This document shows positions 1-9,755 of a stretch of DNA of 64,000 bases, one piece after another (the stretch's first letter is position 1; each line of letters opens with the position of its first letter). The notes beneath the pieces were generated by a model, which was not told the DNA's origin, did no database searches, and saw nothing but the letters and a program-made list of their open reading frames with translations. A program made the position numbers and the translations under genes. The stretch covers positions 1-64,000 of IMG/VR virus record IMGVR_UViG_3300050821_008578. One strand, written 5' to 3'. Source of the DNA: a virus.

Positions 1-122
1 AATCATCAAATTAAAAATATTAATAATAGATTGAAACAATTATCATCAAATAAAAAATTTAAATGTCTGACTTAAATTTTAGGTCGTTTTCCAAAGTGCT
101 AATGGAGTAACTTACTAATTTT

Positions 123-1511
123 ATGAAATCTTTTAAAAAAGATATTTTTGAACCTAAACTGAGATTTGTTATAGAAGAAGCAACTGGTGAAGTTGATGGC
201 AAACATATTCTTGGTAAAGTAAAAGGTGAATTCTTTGTTCCAAATGGAATTTCCCGTAATAATCGTTTTTATTCTAAGGGTTTATGGGAAAAGGTTTGTT
301 CTAATCCAAATATAGTTAAAAAAATGTCTGATAGAAGAATGTTTGGAACTATTGGACATGAACAAAAATTAAATGATACTGCTTTACTTGAAGGTAAAGT
401 AAGTCATATAGTTACAAATTTATCCGTTGCTGGAGAAGAAGGTCTTGGAGAAGCACTTATTCTCGACACTCCTGCTGGTAGAGTCTTAAACACTATTTTA
501 AGAGCAGGTTCAAAGTTATTTGTTTCCTCCAGAGCAGATGGTTCTTTTAATGGAGAACATAATGGTATCCCTAGTGTTGATGAAGCAACATATCAATTGG
601 AAACATTTGATTTTGTTGTTGACCCAGGGTTTTTGGAAGCAAATCCTAGTTTAGTAGAACAACTTGAAAAAATTGATAATATTAATAAATCTAAAGGAGT
701 TAAAATGGATGTCAATGAAAGTTCTTTGATGGATCGTCTAGCTAAAGAAAATGGTACACTTCGTAATGATCTTGAGCGTGCCACATCAGAATTAAATGAT
801 GTTAAAAATAAACACACAGTTATTGTTTCTGAAAACAATAATTTTAAATCTAAAATTGATAAACAACAATTTGCTGAAAAGCAATTGACTAAATATCGTT
901 CTTTGGGTACTCCTGAAGAAATTGAAAAAGTTCTTGATATGTCAGAAGGTAAACTTAATAATTATAGAGAATTGGGTTCAGTAAAAGAACTTAATATGGC
1001 TCTTGATAAAGCCAATACTCTTATTGAGCAATATAAATCTATTGGAACACCTAAAGAAATTAATGAAGCATTAGATAAATCCATTGCTGTTGTATCTTCT
1101 TATAGGGAACTTGGTTCACCTGCTGAATTGAAAGAAGCAATGGATAAATTTGAAGAAAAGGTTAATAAAATTCGTGCAGCTGATTCAGCAGTTAAAATTG
1201 CTGAACTAGCAAAAGAACTTAAAGTTTCTGTTGATCATATTAAAACTGTTTATGGTAAAATTTCCGAAGCTGAAATTCGTAAATTGTTTTCTACATCTAC
1301 AACACCTTCAATTACCAGAAATAATCCTGCTCGTACTTATGCACGTAGTTCAAATTCTACACCTAATACTAAAAAAGTAGAAAATACATCTACAAATAGT
1401 TTAGGTAAAATGTTTAATAAACCACTTGGTAATCGTTTGATGGAAACTTTTGCTTCTCTTGCACCAGATGCAGGTGAAGTAAAACCAAATCCAATGAATC
1501 AAAAGCGTTAA
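123..1511 (+). CDS. Prohead protease (T4 gp21-like) fused to a coiled-coil scaffold domain
   Basis: N-terminal SRNNRFY, GTIGH, ILDTPAGR, VSSRADG and FDFVVDPGF motifs of gp21-type proteases; C-terminal coiled coil with repeats; directly upstream of the capsid gene. Confidence 0.85.
   Translation: MKSFKKDIFEPKLRFVIEEATGEVDGKHILGKVKGEFFVPNGISRNNRFYSKGLWEKVCSNPNIVKKMSDRRMFGTIGHEQKLNDTALLEGKVSHIVTNLSVAGEEGLGEALILDTPAGRVLNTILRAGSKLFVSSRADGSFNGEHNGIPSVDEATYQLETFDFVVDPGFLEANPSLVEQLEKIDNINKSKGVKMDVNESSLMDRLAKENGTLRNDLERATSELNDVKNKHTVIVSENNNFKSKIDKQQFAEKQLTKYRSLGTPEEIEKVLDMSEGKLNNYRELGSVKELNMALDKANTLIEQYKSIGTPKEINEALDKSIAVVSSYRELGSPAELKEAMDKFEEKVNKIRAADSAVKIAELAKELKVSVDHIKTVYGKISEAEIRKLFSTSTTPSITRNNPARTYARSSNSTPNTKKVENTSTNSLGKMFNKPLGNRLMETFASLAPDAGEVKPNPMNQKR
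885..1160 (+). repeat. Four tandem 23-aa repeats (YRxLGxPxExxxALD) in the scaffold domain
   Basis: LTKYRSLGTPEEIEKVLD / LNNYRELGSVKELNMALD / IEQYKSIGTPKEINEALD / VSSYRELGSPAELKEAMD at 69-nt period. Confidence 0.85.
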
Positions 1512-1623
1512 TATAATCTTATTAGGTTAGTTATCTACACTATAGATAACATTCGATTTTAAAAATCTGAAATAGGCAGAACACTTCTTCTACTATTCTA
1601 AAATTAAATTTATGGAGAATAAA

Positions 1624-3099
1624 ATGTCAAAACGTGTAGTGTCTATGGAAGAAAGACAGCAGACTACAATGAACAAAATGCAAAAGTCTGCTGAATTATA
1701 TTATGATAAATATCGAGATCAAATGGATCTCCTTGAGCATTCTATTTTAGCTCAAGTAAAAAAGAATAAAGGTGGAATTCAAGCATATGATATTTATGCT
1801 CTTGGAAAACAACTAGAGCAATTTGAAGATCATATGGCTTTTAATGAAGAGCAAGGTAACGTTAACTTATTGGGTCAAATTCCTAATATCGCATTTGATG
1901 TTATTACTGCTGTTTTTGGTGCTTCTATTATACCTGTTGTTGCTTCAGTTCAACCTATTGATGAAGAACGTGGTACTGTTTATTTCAAGACTGTTCGTGA
2001 TGCTACTACTAAAGGATCACAAACTGCTGGTGAAGTAACTGTTGACCCACGACAAAATGTAGTAACTCCAATTGGTTATTCTAATAACTCATTCCAGAAC
2101 GTAGCTCAAGCTGGTACTACTTCAGGTACTACTACTTATACGTTTACTCTTGCTGGTTTTCCTATTAAGAGTGAAACATTTTCAGTAAGTTTGGCTTCAG
2201 CTCCTGCAGTTCAAGGTAAGGATATTGGTGCATACTCTAACTATCCATCAAATACAGATATTGGTAATATTTGGGGTGCCGGTGTTTCTGGTACTATTAA
2301 TTATCTTACTGGATCTGTAACTTTGAATTTTACTGCTGATCCAGGTACTCATGCTTCTAATATCATAGTTAGTTATCAACAAAACTACGAATTAAGTACT
2401 GATCTTCCTCAGATCGATTCTTACTTTGCATCTACTGGTATCTTTGCCAATGTATATGCATTGAAAGGAACTGTTGGTTTGCTCCAATCATACGGTATGA
2501 GTAAACGATTTGGTCTTGTGGCTGAAGATGAAGTTGCCAAAGATCTAGTTCAGGAAATCAATCGTGAGATTGGTGGAGATCTAATTCGTACTCTATCAGC
2601 TATTGCTCAAGGTACTACTACTTATAATGATACACCACCTACTGGTGTATCTCTGTTTGAACATCGTCAAACTTATAAGTATTCTCTTGCTGCTGCTGAA
2701 GGACAATTAGTTGCTAATGCTGGTCGTGGTACAATCAGTCTTCTGATTGTTGGTCTTACACATGCATCTCTTATCCAAACTTTACCAGGTTGGGTAAAAT
2801 TGTATGATGGTAATGGACTTGGTTCACATGTTTATGGAACTCTTGATGGCATTACTGTTATCCGCGTTATGGAATCAAATATCTTGGCTTCCTCTAATGG
2901 TTTAGCTGTTTGGAAAGGTCTTTCACCATTTGAAGCTGCAGTAGTTTATGCTCCATATATGCCTTTAACAGTTACTGCTGTTCTTCCACAAGCACCAAAT
3001 CCATTGCAGTCAATGCGTGCTGCTGCAGTTTGGGCTGGTGTAGAAGGTGTTGTTCCAAATTACGTTACTAATTTTAACGTAACTAACGTTCCGCTCTAA
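1624..3099 (+). CDS. Major capsid protein (T4 gp23-like) with an inserted beta domain
   Basis: VASVQPIDEERGTVYF, QEINREI and VYAPYMPL motifs; GGAG SD at 1614-1617 favours ATG 1624 over 1612. Confidence 0.9.
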   Translation: MSKRVVSMEERQQTTMNKMQKSAELYYDKYRDQMDLLEHSILAQVKKNKGGIQAYDIYALGKQLEQFEDHMAFNEEQGNVNLLGQIPNIAFDVITAVFGASIIPVVASVQPIDEERGTVYFKTVRDATTKGSQTAGEVTVDPRQNVVTPIGYSNNSFQNVAQAGTTSGTTTYTFTLAGFPIKSETFSVSLASAPAVQGKDIGAYSNYPSNTDIGNIWGAGVSGTINYLTGSVTLNFTADPGTHASNIIVSYQQNYELSTDLPQIDSYFASTGIFANVYALKGTVGLLQSYGMSKRFGLVAEDEVAKDLVQEINREIGGDLIRTLSAIAQGTTTYNDTPPTGVSLFEHRQTYKYSLAAAEGQLVANAGRGTISLLIVGLTHASLIQTLPGWVKLYDGNGLGSHVYGTLDGITVIRVMESNILASSNGLAVWKGLSPFEAAVVYAPYMPLTVTAVLPQAPNPLQSMRAAAVWAGVEGVVPNYVTNFNVTNVPL

Positions 3100-3110
3100 A
3101 TTTCCCCTCC

Positions 3111-3164
3111 GCAAGAGATGAATATATCTTACCCCCCCAAATATATTCATCTCTTGCTTCTTTT
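3111..3164 (+). terminator. Intrinsic terminator/stabilising hairpin after the capsid gene
   Basis: Perfect 17-bp stem GCAAGAGATGAATATAT/ATATATTCATCTCTTGC followed by TTCTTTT. Confidence 0.8.
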
Positions 3165-3178
3165 ATTAAGGATTATAA

Positions 3179-3535
3179 ATGAATATCGTAGTTAAATGTT
3201 TGGTGAATGAATTTGTCCAATTAGTTGGACAATTAAATTATTCACGTGGTAAACAAGTTTCTGTAGAACCAATTGTATTTAATAAAATTGGTCAACAACA
3301 TTTATTTAAAAATATTGATGAATTTGCACCTTATAAAGTTGGTGCAGAAGGTGTTGCTAGATTTGGTAAGATTTCAATTGAATTTCTTAAACCAGATAAT
3401 AATAAGAAAATCGAAACTAAAGAACTAGATACTAAAAAAATTGAAATTAAAACAGTTGAATTATCTGTAAAAAAAGAACGTAAATCAAAAAAATCAACTA
3501 CTGAGGCTAAATCAGAAGATTCAAAAACAATATAA
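3179..3535 (+). CDS. Hypothetical protein with Lys-rich C-terminus
   Basis: ORF with AAGGA SD in the structural operon. Confidence 0.65.
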   Translation: MNIVVKCLVNEFVQLVGQLNYSRGKQVSVEPIVFNKIGQQHLFKNIDEFAPYKVGAEGVARFGKISIEFLKPDNNKKIETKELDTKKIEIKTVELSVKKERKSKKSTTEAKSEDSKTI

Positions 3536-3544
3536 AGAAATAAT

Positions 3545-4210
3545 ATGACCCTACAAGAGATATTTGATACAGTAATGATTAGATCGGGTCAATTCTTAAT
3601 ATCTCAAGATGAGATAGAAATGGATACTCGTAAATTCAAGAGATTGGTTGAACATTCTCTTGCCTTCTATTCCAGATATGTACCAATTGTTGAATATTTA
3701 TTAGTTGATATTGAAAATTCTGAATCTCGTCAATTTACATTTACTGATAGTATGTATCGATATGGGATACCTGATTATATTTCTGATTTAATACCTATTC
3801 GTATTAGTGGTGTAGTTCCATATTATCTAAGAGAATATGATAGACCTAAATCTAATTTAGATATTAAAGTTGAGTTTCCTTGGGTGTATAGAAAACCTAC
3901 ATTAACTGTACCTACTAATGCACAATTTGATATTAAAGCTGTTTATAAACATAAAGTAAAAAATTGTGGTAATGATCAAAATCCTTTATGGGAAGTTCAA
4001 ACAATAACAGATAATGATCAAGAATTTATTGATTTAATTACTGGTAGATTTCTTATTGGAATTGGTAGAAGTAGAAGAGCATTCACTATTAATGATCTGC
4101 CAATACAAGCAGATGCTTCTGAATTAGTTAGTGAAGGTAAAGAAATGGAAACTACTGCTAAAAAAGAAATTCAAGAAAATAAAATGTCTTTCTATTTGGC
4201 TTGGGGTTAA
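3545..4210 (+). CDS. Putative neck/head-tail adaptor protein
   Basis: Position after the capsid gene; C-terminal ASELVSEGKEME resembles gp13-like adaptors. Confidence 0.55.
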   Translation: MTLQEIFDTVMIRSGQFLISQDEIEMDTRKFKRLVEHSLAFYSRYVPIVEYLLVDIENSESRQFTFTDSMYRYGIPDYISDLIPIRISGVVPYYLREYDRPKSNLDIKVEFPWVYRKPTLTVPTNAQFDIKAVYKHKVKNCGNDQNPLWEVQTITDNDQEFIDLITGRFLIGIGRSRRAFTINDLPIQADASELVSEGKEMETTAKKEIQENKMSFYLAWG

Positions 4211-4216
4211 AATATC

Positions 4217-4714
4217 GTGTCATTAAAAATTCCTGAAATTAGAGATGAATTAAAGAAGTTTGGTAGAGATCCAAATAAATATGCAAAACTTCCTATTAAA
4301 AGTCTTGATTCAGTTGTTTCTCCAGGATTAAGTTCTTTAATGTTTAAGACCGTTGTAGTAAGTGAATCTAAAAAAGATAGTTATACTGCTTATATGCAAT
4401 TCTTTGGTATTAAATTTAGTGAAGTTAAAAATGTAAATTCTATAGTTCCTGCTTTAATTAATGATAGTTTAGTTTATCATAGTAAACCTAGTATTAGCAA
4501 TAGTCCTGTTCAATTATATTGTGGTTGCCAAGATTTTAGATTTCGTTTTAGTAAACAACTTTATGACAATAAAAGTTTAATTGGTAATTGGCAAAGATAT
4601 GATAGGGTTACTAATGATAGACCTGAAGTAAATCCTCATAATTTAGTAGGTTATTGTAAACATATTGAATCATTTTTAATAGCTTTAAAAGATAGTGGAC
4701 AAATCACAGAATAA
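4217..4714 (+). CDS. SWIM-type zinc-finger phage protein
   Basis: CGCQDF...YCKH motif; GTG start. Confidence 0.6.
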   Translation: MSLKIPEIRDELKKFGRDPNKYAKLPIKSLDSVVSPGLSSLMFKTVVVSESKKDSYTAYMQFFGIKFSEVKNVNSIVPALINDSLVYHSKPSISNSPVQLYCGCQDFRFRFSKQLYDNKSLIGNWQRYDRVTNDRPEVNPHNLVGYCKHIESFLIALKDSGQITE

Positions 4715-4736
4715 CTTTAATAAAAGGAGACATAGT

Positions 4737-5129
4737 ATGTCAATGAAATCTCGTGCAAGAAGGATGATGGAAGGTCTGTTGAAAGAAGATGCACCTACAA
4801 CTAGTGGTGATCTACAAGCTAATCCACAAGGTACCCAAGGTCCTGGTGGAACACCTTTTGCTGGTGCAGCTGGTGGTGGAAATGAACCACAACCTACTGA
4901 TAACAATACTGGGTCTCCAGAATTGAAACAGTTGGTAACTGATTTTGCTAGTCAACCAGATCATATGGCAGATATGATGGATCAACAATGTGCAATGCAT
5001 GAGCGTTATATGGATGAAGGAGATACTGATGTTTATACTCCACAGTCCCCTGAAGATAAAGAAGCAGTAATGGAATCAATGGAACATATGAAAAATGCTG
5101 CTCTTGCAATGCGTAAAATTTATACATAA
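4737..5129 (+). CDS. Acidic, low-complexity putative head core/internal protein
   Basis: AGGAG SD before ATG 4737; N-terminus RARRMMEGLLKE. Confidence 0.6.
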   Translation: MSMKSRARRMMEGLLKEDAPTTSGDLQANPQGTQGPGGTPFAGAAGGGNEPQPTDNNTGSPELKQLVTDFASQPDHMADMMDQQCAMHERYMDEGDTDVYTPQSPEDKEAVMESMEHMKNAALAMRKIYT

Positions 5130-5140
5130 TATGGTGAATA

Positions 5141-5545
5141 GTGAACTCTTCAACAGTTGAAAAGATATTAACTAAATTACACAATACTTGGCTTTCAATA
5201 ATGGAAAGACAAGGATATGAAAGAGTTAAGTTAATAGTTTATTCTTCTGTCAAGGATGTTCATTCTAAAGTATATGGAGTAGATGCTGGAGAAGAATCAA
5301 TTGTACCTGCTGGTGTAATAGATGCTCTAGTATCAGGAAATGTATTTGCTCCATCTGATAATTATCAAGCTAGTACTTTAGAAGAAGGTTGGTTATTTAG
5401 CACTAGTCAATTAATTTTACCAGGTGTTTTAGTAGAAATTGAAAGAGAAGATTTTAGAAATAGGAAGTATAAGGTAGTTAGTTTAGAGAGAATTGGTAAT
5501 ACCTTATCTGTATTCAAAAAATTTAAATTAAGCAGCACAAGCTAA
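5141..5545 (+). CDS. Putative head-closure/neck protein
   Basis: Size and synteny between adaptor and tail terminator. Confidence 0.45.
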   Translation: MNSSTVEKILTKLHNTWLSIMERQGYERVKLIVYSSVKDVHSKVYGVDAGEESIVPAGVIDALVSGNVFAPSDNYQASTLEEGWLFSTSQLILPGVLVEIEREDFRNRKYKVVSLERIGNTLSVFKKFKLSSTS

Positions 5546-6234
5546 TGGTAACTGATACAGGTATTCCACCTAATAGGAATATAACTACTCTTTCTGTTTT
5601 AGTTATTGAAAAATTATTAGGCATGATTTTAAGTGAATTTTCAAATATAAAAGTAGTTTATGATGAAAATCTTAGTTATGAATCTGCAGTTAGTAAATTA
5701 AGAGCAGATAATTTGCAAAATGGAACTAATTTTATAGTTGACCAATTTCCTGTATTTGCTTTTAATAGATCAGTGATGAGATATAGTACTGAAGGTGTTG
5801 GTAGAAGATCTGTAGTTGCTACTACTTTTAGAAGATTAAATACTATTAATCAACCCAATACAGCTCAGACATATCATTGCCCTCATTTAGAGTTTGATTT
5901 AAATTTTTTATATTTTACTAAATCAACTCAAAAGATAGAAGAATTTGAGATACTATATTTATCGGAAGATGGAATATCTCAAAATAAAATAATAACATTG
6001 GACTTAACTCCTGATCTTGGTGGTTCAATGCAATACTTTATTGATTATAAAGGAAAATTAGATAGTAAAGTGCTACAATTAGAAAAAAATTATTGGAAAC
6101 AAGTAAATGGTTCTATTGTTGTTAGAGGCTATTTTCCAGTGATTCAAGGTCAAAGTGCTATTATTACTGAAATTCAGAAACAAATATATAATTATCAACG
6201 TACTGTTTTATGGGAACATGAGATAGTAACTTAA
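5545..6234 (+). CDS. Putative tail terminator/completion protein
   Basis: Synteny upstream of sheath; coupled TAATG overlap. Confidence 0.45.
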   Translation: MVTDTGIPPNRNITTLSVLVIEKLLGMILSEFSNIKVVYDENLSYESAVSKLRADNLQNGTNFIVDQFPVFAFNRSVMRYSTEGVGRRSVVATTFRRLNTINQPNTAQTYHCPHLEFDLNFLYFTKSTQKIEEFEILYLSEDGISQNKIITLDLTPDLGGSMQYFIDYKGKLDSKVLQLEKNYWKQVNGSIVVRGYFPVIQGQSAIITEIQKQIYNYQRTVLWEHEIVT

Positions 6235-6245
6235 TTGGAGATAAA

Positions 6246-6578
6246 ATGGCTAAAGGTGCTAAACCTGAATCGATTAAGAAAGTAGAAATCGGTGTCTTAA
6301 ATAAGGCTACTGGTCAAGTTGATTCAACTAAAGAAATTCGATGGCGTGAAACTGGTAAGAGTATGAAATATTTTGTAGGTAATAGCCAACCTACAAAAAA
6401 AGTTGAAATGACTAATCCTGCTAAAGTGATTAGTCGTTTAAATCATCAAGTTATTTTATGTTATGATGGTGAAGGTATGGTTCTTCCTCCAAATGGTCGT
6501 AAAATAGTTCCTGATTTTAATAAATTAGGTGTTTTGCCTCGTGGTGTAACCGTAATTCCAATGACTACTAAGAAATAA
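6246..6578 (+). CDS. Hypothetical protein
   Basis: GGAG SD; intact ORF. Confidence 0.65.
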   Translation: MAKGAKPESIKKVEIGVLNKATGQVDSTKEIRWRETGKSMKYFVGNSQPTKKVEMTNPAKVISRLNHQVILCYDGEGMVLPPNGRKIVPDFNKLGVLPRGVTVIPMTTKK

Positions 6579-6589
6579 GGAGTTATTAC

Positions 6590-8587
6590 ATGCAACTTCC
6601 TGCCGGTGATCCAGGTGTAAATATTCAGGAAATAAATCTAAGCACATTTGTACCAGCATTTCCTGGTGTTTATGGTGGTATAGTTATTCAGGCCAGAACT
6701 GGTCCTGTAAATCAACCTCAATTAATTACTAATCAAACTCAATTACTTAATGTATTTACCCCATTGGATACAATTAGTGTAGTTGATGATATTGCATTCT
6801 TTTCTGCATTAGCTTTTCTCCAAAAATCAAGTACTATTTGGGTTGTTCGTGCAGCTAATAGTTCTCTTTATGGTGGATTGTCAGTAAGAACTTCTTCTTC
6901 ATCTTATTCAGCTAATCCTCTTGCTGAAGGATTTGCAGATCCTGATGATTATGTATTTGATTCTAATCCGGATGTTCCTGCTGTAGCTCAAAAATTAAAT
7001 ATAGTATTTTCTCAAGTTGGAACATTTTATGATGTAGTTGGTGCTGCTAAAGCAATTCAACTTTATGATTCTCCAGCTGTAGGACATTATTTCTGGTTCT
7101 TCGTAGAAGGTGGAACTAATGTTCAAACTGATCCAATGTTAAATGGAACAGGACATGAAGTAGTTATTAGTCAAGGTGATTCAGCTACAGCAGCTCAAAT
7201 TGCTGTTGAGTTCTATAATGAAATTAGTACAGTTTCTTCTGATTTTATTGCCACCAATACAATTGCTTCTCAAGTTGTTGTTACTAACGTAGTTCCTGGT
7301 GCTTGTACTGCTGCTTCAGTTACTGGTTCTGCTGCAACAATTACTGTAGTTACTCCTGGTGCTGATGCAATTAATGCAGATGATGAATTATTTTTAGTGT
7401 ATGGAACAAATCAAGGTGCTTGGGATGATTTAATTGCTATTACTATTATTAATTATGCTGACAATAAAGTTTTAGTACCAGATCCAAATACATTTGTTAT
7501 TCAAGTTTATTATAATGGTGCAACTAATCCTGTTGAGACTTGGACATGTTCTAGAACTCCTGGTTATAAAGATGGATTTGGTAATAATACTTATATTCAA
7601 AACGTACTTCAAGGATCAGCTTATATTTTAGCTCTTGATAATACAGCTTTTGAACCAACAGTACTTCCAAAAAGTCAATTGACTCCTGTTAATCTTGGTG
7701 GTGGTGATGATGGTGTTGCTGTAACTGATTCTCAAATGGTTACTGCTCTTCAAACATTATCTAATCCAGATCAAAATCTTTTGACAGTTATGATGGATGG
7801 TGCTCATGCTACAGTTACTTATCAACAAGCAATAGATGCTATGGTAAGTACTCGCCAAGATTCAGTTGGATTATTTACTACTCCATTTTCTGCTGAATCA
7901 GCTTCTAGCTATATCACAGAAATTTTGGCATATCGTAATACTACATTGAATTTGAATTCTAGTTATTCTGCTCTCTATACTCCAGCTCCTTTGATTTTTG
8001 ATCAATATAATGATCGTCAAATCTATGTTGGTCCAGATGGTTATGCTGGTGCTGCTATTAGTTTCTCCGCAGCTAATTATGAAATCTGGTTTCCACCTGC
8101 TGGTTTCCGACGTGGACTTTTAAGTCAAGTTCTTGGTCTTCGTCGTCAGTATACTGCAGGAGAAATGGCTACATTATATAATAATGGTATTAATCCAATT
8201 AGATTTGCTGCAGGTACTGGTATTGCTATTTGGGGCCAGAAAACATTATCTTCTATTCCTTCTGCTCTTAATAGATTGAATGTTAGATTACTTTTGATTA
8301 CAATTGAACCAGCAATTGCTGAAGCATTACAAAACTTTGTATTTGAAATTAATGATACTGAGACTCAAAATTCAGTAACTTCATTAATTAATAGTTATTT
8401 ACGTCAAGTGGTTGCAAATCAAGGTCTATATGCATTCACTGTTGTATGTAATGCCACAAATAACCCACCTGAAGTAGTTGATCAAAATCAAATGATTGTT
8501 GCTGTTTATGTTCAACCAACAAAATCTGCTGAATTTATTACTCTTCAAGTTATTATTACTGCAACTGGTGTTACTGTAGCTGCTTAA
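6590..8587 (+). CDS. Contractile tail sheath protein
   Basis: PGVNIQEINLS, WFPPAGFRRG, LYNNGINPI, WGQKT, LNRLNVRLL and FVFEIND motifs. Confidence 0.95.
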   Translation: MQLPAGDPGVNIQEINLSTFVPAFPGVYGGIVIQARTGPVNQPQLITNQTQLLNVFTPLDTISVVDDIAFFSALAFLQKSSTIWVVRAANSSLYGGLSVRTSSSSYSANPLAEGFADPDDYVFDSNPDVPAVAQKLNIVFSQVGTFYDVVGAAKAIQLYDSPAVGHYFWFFVEGGTNVQTDPMLNGTGHEVVISQGDSATAAQIAVEFYNEISTVSSDFIATNTIASQVVVTNVVPGACTAASVTGSAATITVVTPGADAINADDELFLVYGTNQGAWDDLIAITIINYADNKVLVPDPNTFVIQVYYNGATNPVETWTCSRTPGYKDGFGNNTYIQNVLQGSAYILALDNTAFEPTVLPKSQLTPVNLGGGDDGVAVTDSQMVTALQTLSNPDQNLLTVMMDGAHATVTYQQAIDAMVSTRQDSVGLFTTPFSAESASSYITEILAYRNTTLNLNSSYSALYTPAPLIFDQYNDRQIYVGPDGYAGAAISFSAANYEIWFPPAGFRRGLLSQVLGLRRQYTAGEMATLYNNGINPIRFAAGTGIAIWGQKTLSSIPSALNRLNVRLLLITIEPAIAEALQNFVFEINDTETQNSVTSLINSYLRQVVANQGLYAFTVVCNATNNPPEVVDQNQMIVAVYVQPTKSAEFITLQVIITATGVTVAA

Positions 8588-8613
8588 ATTTTTAAAGAAT
8601 AAAGAGGTATAAA

Positions 8614-9144
8614 ATGCCACGTCCAACAATGGATCAAATACGAGGAATTGGTGATTTTCAAACTAATTTCAGATGGAATTTAGTATTTTCATCCTTTCCT
8701 AATGCTGTGGCTTCACCACCAACTACAGATGCATTAAATTTCAGATGTTTAACTTCTGATATCCCAAAAGCAAATATCCAAATGATGGATATTACTATTC
8801 GTGGTCAAAAAGTTAAACAAAATGGTATTATGGAATATGCAGGAACATTGGCTCTTACATTCCAAGAAACAGTAGATGTAACAATGCGTACATTTATTAA
8901 AAATTGGAGAGAAGCAATTTGGGCAACTAATACTGGTGTTTCTGCTCTTAAATCAGATCTACAATGTACTGTTAATCTATATCAATTAGATAACTTGGAT
9001 AATCAAGTATGGCAATATCAATTAGTTGGTGCTATTTTATCTGATTATGATCTTGGTAATCTTGATGGTGCAGGTAATGATACCCAAAAACCTAGTATAA
9101 CTTTGAGTTATGATAGATTCATAGACGGTGCTCCGGGATTTTGA
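8614..9144 (+). CDS. Tail tube protein
   Basis: Follows sheath; gp19-like fold motifs (LTFQET..NW..YQLDN..ITLSYD). Confidence 0.85.
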   Translation: MPRPTMDQIRGIGDFQTNFRWNLVFSSFPNAVASPPTTDALNFRCLTSDIPKANIQMMDITIRGQKVKQNGIMEYAGTLALTFQETVDVTMRTFIKNWREAIWATNTGVSALKSDLQCTVNLYQLDNLDNQVWQYQLVGAILSDYDLGNLDGAGNDTQKPSITLSYDRFIDGAPGF

Positions 9145-9153
9145 TAATTCTTT

Positions 9154-9263
9154 CGGTTTAGTCCTAAACCGCTCTAATACAGCGCTATTAGGCCTACAGC
9201 AGTAATTAAATACTATACCCCAACACTTGTTGGGGTTAGTTAAAACTGATTGTAAAGGCTTTT
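9154..9263 (+). other. Multi-hairpin intergenic structure (terminator/processing element)
   Basis: Inverted repeats CGGTTTA/TAAACCG, CTAATA/TATTAG and ACCCCAAC/GTTGGGGT, plus closing GCCT/AGGC followed by TTTT. Confidence 0.55.
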
Positions 9264-9265
9264 AA

Positions 9266-9748
9266 ATGGCGTTTTTAAACTCACAAGATAATATTCGTTC
9301 TGTTGAATGGGGTAGATCCTATTTATGGGACATACAATTTACCGATCCTAGTTTACCAATTCCTTTTAATTCCTGGTTCCCAGCTAAAGATATTGAAGAA
9401 GATTATGCACATATAGATTCTCATACATGGGATGCCGGTATTAATTCATATAAAATACCACAGAAATCTCAACCATTAAATGTAAGAATAACATTTTACG
9501 ATAATTCTAATAATGATTTACTTAATTGGTTACAAGATTGGATGAATGCATTAATTCTTAATGAATATGCATATGTTGCTACTATTTCTACAGCAGCTAA
9601 ATTTCTTCAAATTCTTAAATTAACACCAGATAGACAAACATTAAGCACCAATAGTTATTGGGTCTACCCTGAAGGTACATTAACTTATATGGGTAATAGT
9701 GAATCTAATGCAATATCATATTCTCAAAACTTTGTAATAGTGGGGTAA
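9266..9748 (+). CDS. Tube-like protein (tail tube initiator/baseplate)
   Basis: Resembles the preceding tube protein (NIRSVEW..W; ITFYD..LLNWLQDW). Confidence 0.6.
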   Translation: MAFLNSQDNIRSVEWGRSYLWDIQFTDPSLPIPFNSWFPAKDIEEDYAHIDSHTWDAGINSYKIPQKSQPLNVRITFYDNSNNDLLNWLQDWMNALILNEYAYVATISTAAKFLQILKLTPDRQTLSTNSYWVYPEGTLTYMGNSESNAISYSQNFVIVG

Positions 9749-9755
9749 TAAAGTA

